Shown one piece after another: positions 24,266 through 33,366 of a DNA stretch of 64,000 bases (position 1 is the first letter of the stretch; each line of letters opens with the position of its first letter). The notes below the pieces were generated by a model. It did no database searches. It had not been told where the DNA came from and saw nothing but the letters and a program-made list of their open reading frames with translations. This DNA is from Candidatus Bathyarchaeota archaeon (lineage in GTDB: Archaea > Thermoproteota > Bathyarchaeia > Bathyarchaeales > DTEX01). Both the position numbers and the translations under genes were made by a program. Location: NCBI GenBank assembly GCA_018396405.1, contig JAGTQD010000003.1, positions 61 to 64,060 on the forward strand, read 5' to 3'.

Positions 24266-25336
24266 TTAACAAGTTGATGTGCCTTTGAAAATCTGCTCAA
24301 ACATATTTTTTACACCCATCCATTGAACTATTATCCCACCAGATAAAACTTGAAGCCAGAATGTAGCGATACGTATAAACAGTGTTGCTACCCCACTGAG
24401 TGCTGGGTTGAAGCCCAGCAGCACATATATATTTGTCATAATTATCTCTATGAGGCCTGGAGTGACAAGGGATATTGGAGCCACCTGGAGGGCCATATTT
24501 ATCGAATACGCTACGATTGTTTCAGAGATTTTTGAGGCTATTTCAGAGAAACCGAGCGCATAAAAGGTTAAGAGAAAGACGCTTAAATGAAGGAGCCATG
24601 CGAAGAAATTATAAGAGACAGCTAATGTTAGCGTCCACCGTTTGCCGCTAATATGCCTAAAATCATTATAGAAGCATTGTATATTCTGGTGAACCCTTCT
24701 CCTTGTTTCTAGCAAGTTTACGCGCCCCTTAAGTATGAAGGCAATAAAATTTAGGATTGCATCGGCGACCCTCTCGGCTACACCTCTTTTTAAAGACATA
24801 ATCATTAATAGAAAAGTTACGGCGATTGAACCAGAAATAATCAATAATAGGGGATAAATTATGCCTGCGCTAATATTACATTTTGTTATAAGGAAGATTG
24901 AAGAAATGGTTAGGCTGCCTAATGCTATGAAAGTTGCTGTTATGCGGTGCGCAACTACTGATGCAACTATTTTTCCTGGCTGCTCGCCAGTCTCCCTCTG
25001 GGCAAGATAAATCCTCGTTATCTCCCCTGATACTGTTTCAAATGGCGTTATTGCATCCACAAAGTTACCTAACCAGCAATAAAGAAAAGTCCTCTTTATC
25101 CCTATCCTTATCCCTACAGACTCCATAAGTTTATTCCAGCTCATCGAGTATAAGAGTGTGCTCAGAAAAACTGAGACTAGTGCAAGAGTATAATATAGCA
25201 GACAATGGTATATATTGAGCCCCTGAAAAACGTTGAGTATTTCGTTAATGCCAATGGTGAAAAAGAGGTATACTAAAAATATTGATAGACCGATGAAGAG
25301 AAACACTAGGAACTTTTTTGGGGAGATTTTACTCAT
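24266..25336 (-). CDS. Polytopic membrane protein, UPF0104 / flippase-like (LPG-synthase TM) family
   Basis: 356 aa with about 8 TM segments. The N-terminus KKFLVFLFIGLSIFLVYLFF...INEIL resembles the family. This is a low-specificity call. Confidence 0.5.
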   Translation of the reverse strand: MSKISPKKFLVFLFIGLSIFLVYLFFTIGINEILNVFQGLNIYHCLLYYTLALVSVFLSTLLYSMSWNKLMESVGIRIGIKRTFLYCWLGNFVDAITPFETVSGEITRIYLAQRETGEQPGKIVASVVAHRITATFIALGSLTISSIFLITKCNISAGIIYPLLLIISGSIAVTFLLMIMSLKRGVAERVADAILNFIAFILKGRVNLLETRRRVHQNIQCFYNDFRHISGKRWTLTLAVSYNFFAWLLHLSVFLLTFYALGFSEIASKISETIVAYSINMALQVAPISLVTPGLIEIIMTNIYVLLGFNPALSGVATLFIRIATFWLQVLSGGIIVQWMGVKNMFEQIFKGTSTC

Positions 25337-25442
25337 CTTAATCGAGTATTAGGTATATTTATTGTCAATATATGGATTTCTGAAAAATAATAAAATTATA
25401 CATGGTCATATTTGATTAAATATTTGTTCGGTGGACTCTACG

Positions 25443-26111
25443 ATGCGAGTAAAGGCGGTGATATTTGATTTAGACGATACACTGATACGCTCTGGAATAG
25501 ATTATAGAGTGGCAAAAGTATCAGCAATAAAGTTTTTAGTTGAGTCAGGTGTGGATGAGACTCTTTTAAATGAGAACATGTCGAACATGGAGATAATTAA
25601 TAGGGCGATAGAGGATCTGCGTAAAAAGAATTTCAGTGAAATTAGGATTAAGGAGATAATCAATAATGTTTACGCGATGTTTAATAAGGCTGAGCTGAAG
25701 TCATTGGATAAAGCTGAGTTAATGGATACTTCCCTTAAAACCTTAACCGAATTAAAGAGTTTAGGCCTTAAAATTGGCATCGTAACCAATAGCTGCAGCA
25801 CATATTCTAAAAAGATAGTTGAGAAATTTTCATTAGACAAGTATATTGATATCTTAGTTTCTAGAGATGATGTCACCCGCCATAAGCCTGACCCAGAACA
25901 CCTCCTGAAAGCTCTCGAAGCCCTTGGCGTAGATTCCTCCGAGGCAGTATTTGTTGGGGATCATTTTGTAGACGCTTTATGTGCAAAGAGAGCTGGCGTA
26001 AAATTTATTTTAGTCAAAAATAAGAAGTGGAGTTCTCAAGAAGCGGAGAAAAACGCATTCACTATAATTGACGATTTAGGCGTATTGTCATCTTTAATCC
26101 GGCAGCTTTAG
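25443..26111 (+). CDS. HAD-superfamily phosphatase
   Basis: Motif I AVIFDLDDTL, motif II IVTNS, motif IV FVGDHFVDALCAKRAG. ATG 25443 is preferred over the track's GTG 25431. Confidence 0.75.
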   Translation: MRVKAVIFDLDDTLIRSGIDYRVAKVSAIKFLVESGVDETLLNENMSNMEIINRAIEDLRKKNFSEIRIKEIINNVYAMFNKAELKSLDKAELMDTSLKTLTELKSLGLKIGIVTNSCSTYSKKIVEKFSLDKYIDILVSRDDVTRHKPDPEHLLKALEALGVDSSEAVFVGDHFVDALCAKRAGVKFILVKNKKWSSQEAEKNAFTIIDDLGVLSSLIRQL

Positions 26112-26222
26112 TTGTTTAAGAAGTAAAGTATGTGAAAGGGCAGTTTTGATCCTAAGAGATTATGGATCGCGCCTTTAAAGGTATAAATTTTATTTTAGTC
26201 TTCTTCTCTTTTGGTGAGATAA

Positions 26223-26933
26223 TTGACTAAAGCCCTGTATTTAGAAGATAGTTACCTCAAAGAATGTGAGGCAAGAGTTCTTAAGGTTATCGATGGTAGA
26301 AAAGTCGTGCTGGATCAAACGATCTTCTATCCTGGGGGAGGAGGGCAGCCGCATGATACCGGCAAACTAGTCCGCGGCAATGATACCTTTAATGTCACTT
26401 TCGTCACCAAAGTTGGCAGCGAAATAATACATGAAGTTGATAGGGACGGTTTGCAGATCGAGGATCGTGTCCGCTGCATAATTAATTGGGATAGACGATA
26501 TAGGCTTATGCGCAGCCACACCGCAGCCCACGTATTTGCCTCATTAGTCTGCAATGAGACTGGCGCACTTGTTACCGGGAATCAGATTGAGGAGGATAAA
26601 GTCCGCTTCGACTTTAGCCTAGAGCGTCTAGACAGAGAGATGATTGTGAAGTGTATAGAGAAGGCCAATGATCTATTCAGGAAGGATATAGAGGTTAGGT
26701 GGTATGAGCTGCCGAGGGAAGAAGCCCTAAAAATACCTGGAGTAGTGAAGATGGCCAGGGCCTTCCCGCCGGATATACCTATGTTACGCATAGTTGAGGT
26801 TGTCGGCGTAGATATACAGGCTGATGGTGGAACGCATGTTAGAAATCTCAGGGAGGTTGGGCAGATAAGACTCCTGAAGTTTGAGAGTAAGGGTAGAATG
26901 AATAAGCGCGTCTACTTTGCTATAGAGCCTTAG
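26223..26933 (+). CDS. alaX: Alanyl-tRNA editing protein AlaX (AlaX-M type)
   Basis: HTAAHV and GGTHV zinc/editing motifs, with an N-terminal beta-barrel-like region. TTG start preceded by GGTGA with a 5-nt spacer. Confidence 0.85.
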   Translation: MTKALYLEDSYLKECEARVLKVIDGRKVVLDQTIFYPGGGGQPHDTGKLVRGNDTFNVTFVTKVGSEIIHEVDRDGLQIEDRVRCIINWDRRYRLMRSHTAAHVFASLVCNETGALVTGNQIEEDKVRFDFSLERLDREMIVKCIEKANDLFRKDIEVRWYELPREEALKIPGVVKMARAFPPDIPMLRIVEVVGVDIQADGGTHVRNLREVGQIRLLKFESKGRMNKRVYFAIEP

Positions 26934-26949
26934 ATAATGAGATAATGGG

Positions 26950-28235
26950 TTAAGCAGCAGTTCTTTGAATAGTTAATTTTATATAACATTTTAGAGGATT
27001 TCCCTAATTGTGGGAATAACACTTTCAGTATCGTTCGGTTATGAGCAAAGCGAGGAAATACGAAAACTCTTAGAAGACTTCAGAGATATGCTGAATTTCT
27101 GCATTGAAAGGGCGTTAGAGGATAATATAACCAGTTATGCTAGGCTGAGGAAGCATATCTATCAAGAATGGAAATCGAGATGGGACTATTCAACACATTT
27201 CTGCCACTCGGCATGTGCTGTTGCTACCTCGATGCTCAAGAGCTGGAGGAGACTTAAAAGAAAGGGTAAAGCTCAAAATGGTAGACCTGTGGCGAAAAAG
27301 CTGTTCATTCAACTTGACCCCCAACTCGTTAAGTATGAGGGGGATAAGCTTAGGATATCGGTAAAACCGAGACATTTCCTTCTCATACCTTTAAAATTCG
27401 GTGATTACCAGAAGAGGTTCATAGAGGAGTGGAGAAAAGGTAAGTTGAAAGTCGGTGAGGTCTGGATCAATGAAGAGAAGGTGGTTATTCCATTCAGAAA
27501 GGATGTTGATTTGTCGAATCCTGATGACTGGATAGCAATAGATATTAATGAGTCAAACGTTACGGCAGTAAGCTCTAATTCACACGTCTTAACGGTTAAA
27601 AGCAACCTGAGAACTACCCATACAACCTACTTCAATATCATCAGGGGGATTCAAAAGCTGAAGAAATACAAGCCTAAGACCGCTGAAAAGCTGGTTAGGA
27701 AGTATTCTGGTAGAAGAAAACGCAAAGCTATGGATGAATGACACAAAAATGCTAAGAAGATCGTAGACTTCGCAAAACAACATCACATGGGAATAATCAT
27801 GGAAGACCTTAAAGGGATCAGGAGAAAAATCAACTACACTAAAAACCTCAGTCGCAGACTACACTCATGGAACTTTAGAAGACTACAATTCTACATCGAA
27901 TACAAAGCTAAACTTGAAGGCTTACCAGTCGTATATCTCAATCCTAAAGATACCTCAAGCCTGTGCCCGATAGGTGGCGGCAGGCTAGCGCCGAATGGGT
28001 GCAGGCTTCTGAAATGTAAAAATTGTGGATATGAAAACGATAGGGACATAATAGCATGCTTAAACATGCTCAGGATGAGGGGAGCCCCGTTGCCCCTGAA
28101 AGCCACCGATGAATTTAAAGAGGTGGAACGGATAGTTATAAAAAGTTAACTATCCGACAACGTCGTTATTTTCAGCCTTAAAAGTCTCTTGTCATCCTCA
28201 TGCAACCGATAGCTTCAAGGGTGTTGGCGGCTGAA
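26950..28235. mobile_element. IS200/IS605-family, TnpB-only (IS1341-like) element; boundaries approximate
   Basis: A TnpB gene sits alone between two housekeeping genes (alaX, ade), with no tnpA. This family has no inverted repeats, so I could not define the ends from one copy. Confidence 0.35.
27010..28149 (+). pseudogene. tnpB: TnpB (OrfB) RNA-guided endonuclease gene interrupted by one in-frame TGA at 27739-27741
   Basis: Track ORFs 27010-27741 and 27787-28149 are in the same frame. Read-through gives ...RKRKAMDE*HKNAKKIVDFAKQHHMGIIMEDLKGIRR... RuvC-like residues are present (IAIDINESN, IMEDLKG, NDRDIIACLN), as is the zinc finger CPIGGG...CKNCG. Confidence 0.8.
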
Positions 28236-28239
28236 AGGT

Positions 28240-29970
28240 GTGAAGGATTTTGCTGGAGTTATAGACGCTTGCCTAGGGCGGACACCGCTAGACCTATTAA
28301 TCTCTGGCCAAATTGTTAATGTTTACAGCGGCAATATTTTCGATGGCTACATCGGCGTGAAGAATGGCTTAATAGCATATATTGGCAATAAACCAAAGCC
28401 CGCCAGACACCAGCTCGACTTCCCATCTAAATATGTTCTCCCAGCCTATATAGACGGGCACGTCCATATAGAGAGCTCGCTGATGACCCCGAGAATGTTT
28501 GCTAGGGCGGTTGTGCCCCACGGCACATGCTGCGTTGTCGCTGATCCACACGAGATAGCCAACGTCTTAGGCTTAGATGGAATAAAATTCCTGGTCGAAG
28601 ACTCCGAGAAAACTCCCCTGAAATTCTACTTCATGATACCCTCATCTGTCCCATCAACAAGCCTCGAAACCACTGGTGCCGAGATAGGTTTAAAGGAGAT
28701 AAGGGTGCTTAAGAGTTTCAGGCGTATTTTAGGTTTAGGCGAAGTCATGAATTATATGGGCGTGGTGAGGGGGGATAGAAGCATCTTAGACAAGATAGAG
28801 GAATGCAGTGGCATGATTGTTGATGGTCATGCACCAGGCTTGAGAGGAGATACCCTGTGCGCCTATGTGCTTGCTGGAATCATGTCGGATCACGAAGCCC
28901 TAAGCCTAGAGGAAGCTAAAGAGAAGCTCTCGCTCGGCATGTGGATCATGATACGCGAGGGCTCAACGGCAAAGGCGCTATCAATTCTTGCTAGGATAGT
29001 TTCAAAGGGGTGCCCAGAAAAAGTCATGCTTGTAACAGACGATAGGCATGCAGGCGACATAGTTCGAGAGGGACATATAGACCACTGTCTGAGGAGGGCT
29101 GTTGAGGAGGGGATAGATCCCATAGACGCCATTAAAATGGTCACGCTTAAGCCAGCAGAATACTTTAGGCTGCAGCATCTAGGAGCACTTTCTCCCGGAA
29201 AATCCGCCGACATTGTTGTCGTGGATAACTTAAGGGACTTTAGGGCTGAAGCCGTCATAATAGATGGTGTGGTTGTGGCAAGAAGAGGAATATATTTATA
29301 CGCTGAGGAGGAGAAGCCTGAGAAGAGAGCCCTCGGCTCAATAAATATTGGAAGATTAAGCATTGAGGATCTAAGGATAATGCATCCAAGGATTAAGTTT
29401 GGAAAAACTATCATTAGGGCTATAGGTTTAATTGAAAATCAAATATATACAGAGGAGATCCACTGCGAAGCGAACGTTGTTGGAGGCGAAGTTAAGCCTG
29501 ATCCAGATAGAGATATATTAGAGATCTGTGTGGTTGAGAGGCATAGGGGCTCAGGCAGGGTTGGAAAGGGATTTATAGTAGGCTTTGGCCTTAAGAGCGG
29601 AGCCATCGCGTCAACTGTCGCTCATGACTCACATAATCTCATCGCTGTTGGAGCGAGCAGCCAAGACATTTACAGGGCTATTCTGAGGCTTAAAGAGATT
29701 AACGGTGGCCTTGTAGTAGTTGAGGGGGGAAGAGTTTTAGCCGAGCTGCCTCTTCCGGTAGCGGGATTAATGGCTGACTTAGATGCTGAGGAAATATCCC
29801 AGAGGATAGAGGTCTTAGAGGAGACTGCCTCAAGCTTGGGCTGTAGGGTTAAGAGCCCATTTACCGCCTTATCCTTCCTCTCGCTGCCAGTCGTCCCGAA
29901 ACTTAAGATAACAGATTACGGTCTTATTGATGCAGAGAACCTTAGGGTTGTAGACTTATTTATCAGTTAG
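28240..29970 (+). CDS. ade: Adenine deaminase (amidohydrolase superfamily)
   Basis: 576 aa. PAYIDGHVHIESSLMTP...VADPHEIANVLG is the characteristic adenine deaminase N-terminal metal site. Confidence 0.85.
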   Translation: MKDFAGVIDACLGRTPLDLLISGQIVNVYSGNIFDGYIGVKNGLIAYIGNKPKPARHQLDFPSKYVLPAYIDGHVHIESSLMTPRMFARAVVPHGTCCVVADPHEIANVLGLDGIKFLVEDSEKTPLKFYFMIPSSVPSTSLETTGAEIGLKEIRVLKSFRRILGLGEVMNYMGVVRGDRSILDKIEECSGMIVDGHAPGLRGDTLCAYVLAGIMSDHEALSLEEAKEKLSLGMWIMIREGSTAKALSILARIVSKGCPEKVMLVTDDRHAGDIVREGHIDHCLRRAVEEGIDPIDAIKMVTLKPAEYFRLQHLGALSPGKSADIVVVDNLRDFRAEAVIIDGVVVARRGIYLYAEEEKPEKRALGSINIGRLSIEDLRIMHPRIKFGKTIIRAIGLIENQIYTEEIHCEANVVGGEVKPDPDRDILEICVVERHRGSGRVGKGFIVGFGLKSGAIASTVAHDSHNLIAVGASSQDIYRAILRLKEINGGLVVVEGGRVLAELPLPVAGLMADLDAEEISQRIEVLEETASSLGCRVKSPFTALSFLSLPVVPKLKITDYGLIDAENLRVVDLFIS

Positions 29971-30032
29971 CCCAGAATACTCTTATAATCGCGTTCCACA
30001 TAGTATGTTTGAGGCTTAAAGGAGGCTAATTT

Positions 30033-30617
30033 TTGCGTCTACATATACATAAAAAGGCCTTTCGGGCCTTCGGCATCTCAGAGAGCTTCATTAAAGGGTT
30101 AAGCGATAAATCCATTCTAGCTGGCGTAGTGCTGAGGAGTGATGGAATTATAGATGGCTTCGCGTTCTCAAGGGCCACTTTAGGCGGAATGGACGCCACG
30201 GAGAAAATTATAGGCATGTATAAGGCTCTTAAGAGAGACGATATCAACGTTTTAATGCTTAATGGCTGCGTGATAAGCTGGTATAACGTGATTGACCTAT
30301 CAAGAATTTATGAAGAGGTAAGTCTACCTCTGATATGCGTAACATACGAGGAGTCTCCTGGCTTAGAAAAATACTTCATGGAGCTTTTTCCAGAGGATTA
30401 CGAGAAGAGGATAGAAATTTATCGTAAAAATGGGCCCAGAACAACCGTGAAACTCCACACTGGGTTTAAAGTGTATATAAGGTTTTATGGGATGGATATA
30501 GAGGCGGCGAAAGCCGTACTAGATAAGTTTACACTCCATGGCGCTGTCCCAGAGCCTCTTAGGATAGCGAGGCTATTGGCAAGAGGTATTATGAAGACAC
30601 TCTACAAACAAGAGTAA
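30033..30617 (+). CDS. UPF0215 (DUF99) family protein
   Basis: AFGISESF...LAGVVLRSDGIIDGF...LGGMDAT...INVLMLNG pattern. TTG start preceded by GGAGG. Confidence 0.6.
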   Translation: MRLHIHKKAFRAFGISESFIKGLSDKSILAGVVLRSDGIIDGFAFSRATLGGMDATEKIIGMYKALKRDDINVLMLNGCVISWYNVIDLSRIYEEVSLPLICVTYEESPGLEKYFMELFPEDYEKRIEIYRKNGPRTTVKLHTGFKVYIRFYGMDIEAAKAVLDKFTLHGAVPEPLRIARLLARGIMKTLYKQE

Positions 30618-30697
30618 AGGTTAATCTAATTAGAAAACAATTTCACCCTGCAGATTCACACTCTAGTCCTAGTCCTCTTAAAGCACTCAGGCGCCCA

Positions 30698-30970
30698 TCA
30701 GCCAATTATCTTCACTTCTGTTCCGAGAGCCTGACCGGGCAACCCCCTTCTAAATCTAGCTCTCACTAAACCGTTGTTTCCATGTGGCGCGACGATAACA
30801 CCCACTATAGTATTCTTTTTGCCATCAGTCCACGATACCCTTCGGCCTATGAGCTGCCACGCCTCACGCCTAGAATTTATCCCCTGAAACTGGAGTATAT
30901 ATTCACGGGGATACTGTTCTCTTGGACCGAGCCTATAATTAACTATGATACCTCTGAGGCTAAATGACAA
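30698..30970 (-). CDS. rpl35ae: Ribosomal protein L35Ae (eL33)
   Basis: GIIVNYRLGPREQ...APHGNNGLVRARFRRGLPGQALG. TTG start preceded by GGGGTGAT with a 5-nt spacer. Confidence 0.85.
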   Translation of the reverse strand: MSFSLRGIIVNYRLGPREQYPREYILQFQGINSRREAWQLIGRRVSWTDGKKNTIVGVIVAPHGNNGLVRARFRRGLPGQALGTEVKIIG

Positions 30971-31106
30971 TGTAAATCACCCCTAAAATACATTGAGACT
31001 AAGTTTTCATTCGTGACATATTAGTAGCATTATTGATAAATTAGCATAGATAAATATTTTTTGGCCCTCTAAGCCAATTTAATCCTTGAGTTTTTATTTG
31101 TAGCCA

Positions 31107-33344
31107 TTACTGGTAGTCTGTTAAGGACTGCTGCTCCTGCTGGCTAGCCGCCCCGCTAATCTTCTTCCACTCCTCCTGGCTTACTATCCCGCCAACCTGC
31201 TCTTTAATTTTTTTAGCTATTTTCGGCCCTATATGCGGTAGGGACATTAGCTTTTCTATAGATGCCTTCTTTAGGTCCTCTATTGTCCTCAGCCCAGCAT
31301 TATAGAGTATGCGGGCCCTAACCCGACCGATGCCCTCGAGCCTAGCCAATGGGAGCAGCTCAGCTCTAACACCTTTTTCAACGCGCTCCATTAGTTCGGC
31401 GAGCTTTGATAATAGATCTTTGTGGCCGAGGAGCTTCGCTAGCTCATAAGATGAATATAGGAGCCATCTTGCGGTCTCGGTTAAATAGTAGAGGTCTCCC
31501 GGCTCAACCCCAAAGTGCTCGATTATCTGGTCTTCACTATACTCTTCTATCCAAGCTTTCAGAACCATCGCTGTCTTCACCTCGCCCAGAAATTCCTCAA
31601 ACTCTATTCTATCACCCCACTCATCTGGAACCTCAAACATGAATTCATCGCGGTGCTCATCAAGGAAAAGGGCGACTTTATCAATGTCCTCCGATGTAGG
31701 TCTGATTTTTGGAGACATATCTGGTGTATGCGCTATCATGTGGAGCAGGCTTATATCACTTACCTTTCGAGCCCTCCTCCAGAGGGCACTGCGTATTATT
31801 ATGGCTGAAAGTGGATCAATATATAATTGTGAGACTCTACTCCCAAACTCCGTCGCCCTGAGGAATCCACCCTCCACTTCTATCATTCCCTCATCGTGAA
31901 GAAACTTTAGCACCCTCTGTATCTTCCCCCTAATCGCGTCAAGGCTATACTGGTAAGCATACAATGTTTTTGCAAAGAATTCATAAACCCCCTGCTCTGA
32001 GTAGGCGAACCCGGAAGCTATTGTCGCGAGAACATGGCTTCTTAAGACCTTTTCGACCCCAAGCTTAGACCATATGCGCTCCGGCTTAGCAAGGACATAG
32101 TTTGCCAATAGGTAATCCCGCTCATCCTCGCTCTTGGCAATCAATATTGCCTCTCCAACATTATCATATTTAGGTCTCCCGGCTCTCCCAACCATCTGCT
32201 TATACTCCAGAACAGTTATTGGATAGTAGCCGTAGCCCGGCTCATAACGCCTATAATCGCTTATTATAACCATTCTAGCCGGGAGGTTTACACCAAAGGC
32301 TAGTGTTGGAGTGGCTGCTAAAACCTTAATATTACCCCTCCGAAATGAGTCCTCAATTATCTTTCTGTGAGCCCCAGATAAGCCGGCGTGATGGAAAGCT
32401 ACCCCACATTTAACCAGCTCCGCTAATGTGTCACTGAGCCTAGTTCTCTCGCCCGAAGACTGAATCTCCTCTGCAAGATTCTCCAAGGAGCGCTTAAGTG
32501 TTCTGGGTATCAGCTGACTTATCTCTTTTGAAGCCCTCTTCGCAATATTGACAGCATTCTTCCTCGAGGATGCAAATACGAGGGATTGTCCACCCTGCTT
32601 AACGCAGTGCACAGCCAAGTTTATTACTGGATCCTTAACAATTCTATCAATCTTAATTGAGCCGCCATCCTTAAACTGAACTTCATCATCATATAATATT
32701 CCCTCCCGAAGCTTAACTGGTCTCCAGTCGAGCGCTACAGCCTTAGCATTAAGCCACTCCGATATCTCATCTACATTCCTTATAGTCGCACTTAAAGCCA
32801 GTATTTGGATGCCTGGGTTTATCTGAGATAGCCTTGCTAAAACTACCTCTAATGTCGGCCCCCTCTCAACATCATTTATTAAATGAATCTCATCCGCAAT
32901 GACAAGCGAGACCTCATTCATCCATGGAGCCCTATGTCTGAGAAGGGAATCACACTTCTCATTAGTTGTCACTATAATGTCATATTTTCCAAGCCAAGGA
33001 TCACTACTATCATAATCTCCAGTACTTATACCTATACTTATTTTCCTTCCGTCCGGCTTATATATAGCGGTATATTTCTGAAACTCCTCATACTTCTCGT
33101 TCGCGAGGGCTCTTAAAGGCGTTAAATAGAGGGCTTTTCCGCCATTCTCTAATATATGTTTTAAGGCGCATATCTCCGCGATCAGTGTCTTCCCAGAGGC
33201 AGTTGGGCTGGCTAAAACTAGGTTTACACCCTTAAGCACACCAGCCTTTATGGCTTCTACCTGCGGTGGAAAAAGCTCTTTTATACCCTCTTTTAAGAGA
33301 ACTTCCTTTATGGATGGATGTATATCAAGATCCTCTATGAGCAA
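31107..33344 (-). CDS. hel308: Hel308/Hjm Ski2-like DNA helicase
   Basis: 745 aa. Walker A ASPTASGKT, DEIH box (ADEIHLI), SAT, motif VI QMVGRAGR. The C-terminal HhH-like region is typical of Hel308. Confidence 0.85.
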   Translation of the reverse strand: MLIEDLDIHPSIKEVLLKEGIKELFPPQVEAIKAGVLKGVNLVLASPTASGKTLIAEICALKHILENGGKALYLTPLRALANEKYEEFQKYTAIYKPDGRKISIGISTGDYDSSDPWLGKYDIIVTTNEKCDSLLRHRAPWMNEVSLVIADEIHLINDVERGPTLEVVLARLSQINPGIQILALSATIRNVDEISEWLNAKAVALDWRPVKLREGILYDDEVQFKDGGSIKIDRIVKDPVINLAVHCVKQGGQSLVFASSRKNAVNIAKRASKEISQLIPRTLKRSLENLAEEIQSSGERTRLSDTLAELVKCGVAFHHAGLSGAHRKIIEDSFRRGNIKVLAATPTLAFGVNLPARMVIISDYRRYEPGYGYYPITVLEYKQMVGRAGRPKYDNVGEAILIAKSEDERDYLLANYVLAKPERIWSKLGVEKVLRSHVLATIASGFAYSEQGVYEFFAKTLYAYQYSLDAIRGKIQRVLKFLHDEGMIEVEGGFLRATEFGSRVSQLYIDPLSAIIIRSALWRRARKVSDISLLHMIAHTPDMSPKIRPTSEDIDKVALFLDEHRDEFMFEVPDEWGDRIEFEEFLGEVKTAMVLKAWIEEYSEDQIIEHFGVEPGDLYYLTETARWLLYSSYELAKLLGHKDLLSKLAELMERVEKGVRAELLPLARLEGIGRVRARILYNAGLRTIEDLKKASIEKLMSLPHIGPKIAKKIKEQVGGIVSQEEWKKISGAASQQEQQSLTDYQ

Positions 33345-33366
33345 TGTTTTGATCTTTCTCCATCAG

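Noticed and set aside
26112-26222. Possible structured RNA (GATCC...GGATC hairpin) between the HAD gene and alaX
   Set aside because: It is a 5-bp stem with an 11-nt loop inside a region otherwise explained by a TATA-like element and the alaX SD. There is too little structure to call.
27739-27741. In-frame TGA in tnpB (and TGA at 23240-23242 before the AK6 P-loop) as evidence of selenocysteine or genome-wide TGA recoding
   Set aside because: TGA clearly functions as a stop elsewhere in the window at positions matching homolog lengths (for example hdrA at 4854-4856, mvhD::wHTH at 7859-7861, rps14 at 40833-40835). No Sec-typical redox-Cys context exists at either site. I saw no SECIS-like hairpin, though I cannot exclude one by eye.
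28890-29414. 174-aa minus-strand ORF inside the adenine deaminase gene
   Set aside because: Shadow ORF antisense to a confidently identified 576-aa amidohydrolase. Its composition is Ser/Leu/Ala-rich. The same reasoning applies to 62987-63499, 49401-49835, 38158-38556, 37483-37833, 42195-42512, 42943-43260, 45962-46324 and the many 60-120-aa antisense ORFs in hdrA, the gltD-like gene, mcm and hel308.
30661-30677. Tandem hexamer ctctagtcctagtcctc in the DUF99-L35Ae spacer
   Set aside because: There are only two copies of a 6-mer, which is consistent with chance. No further copies or associated structure were seen.
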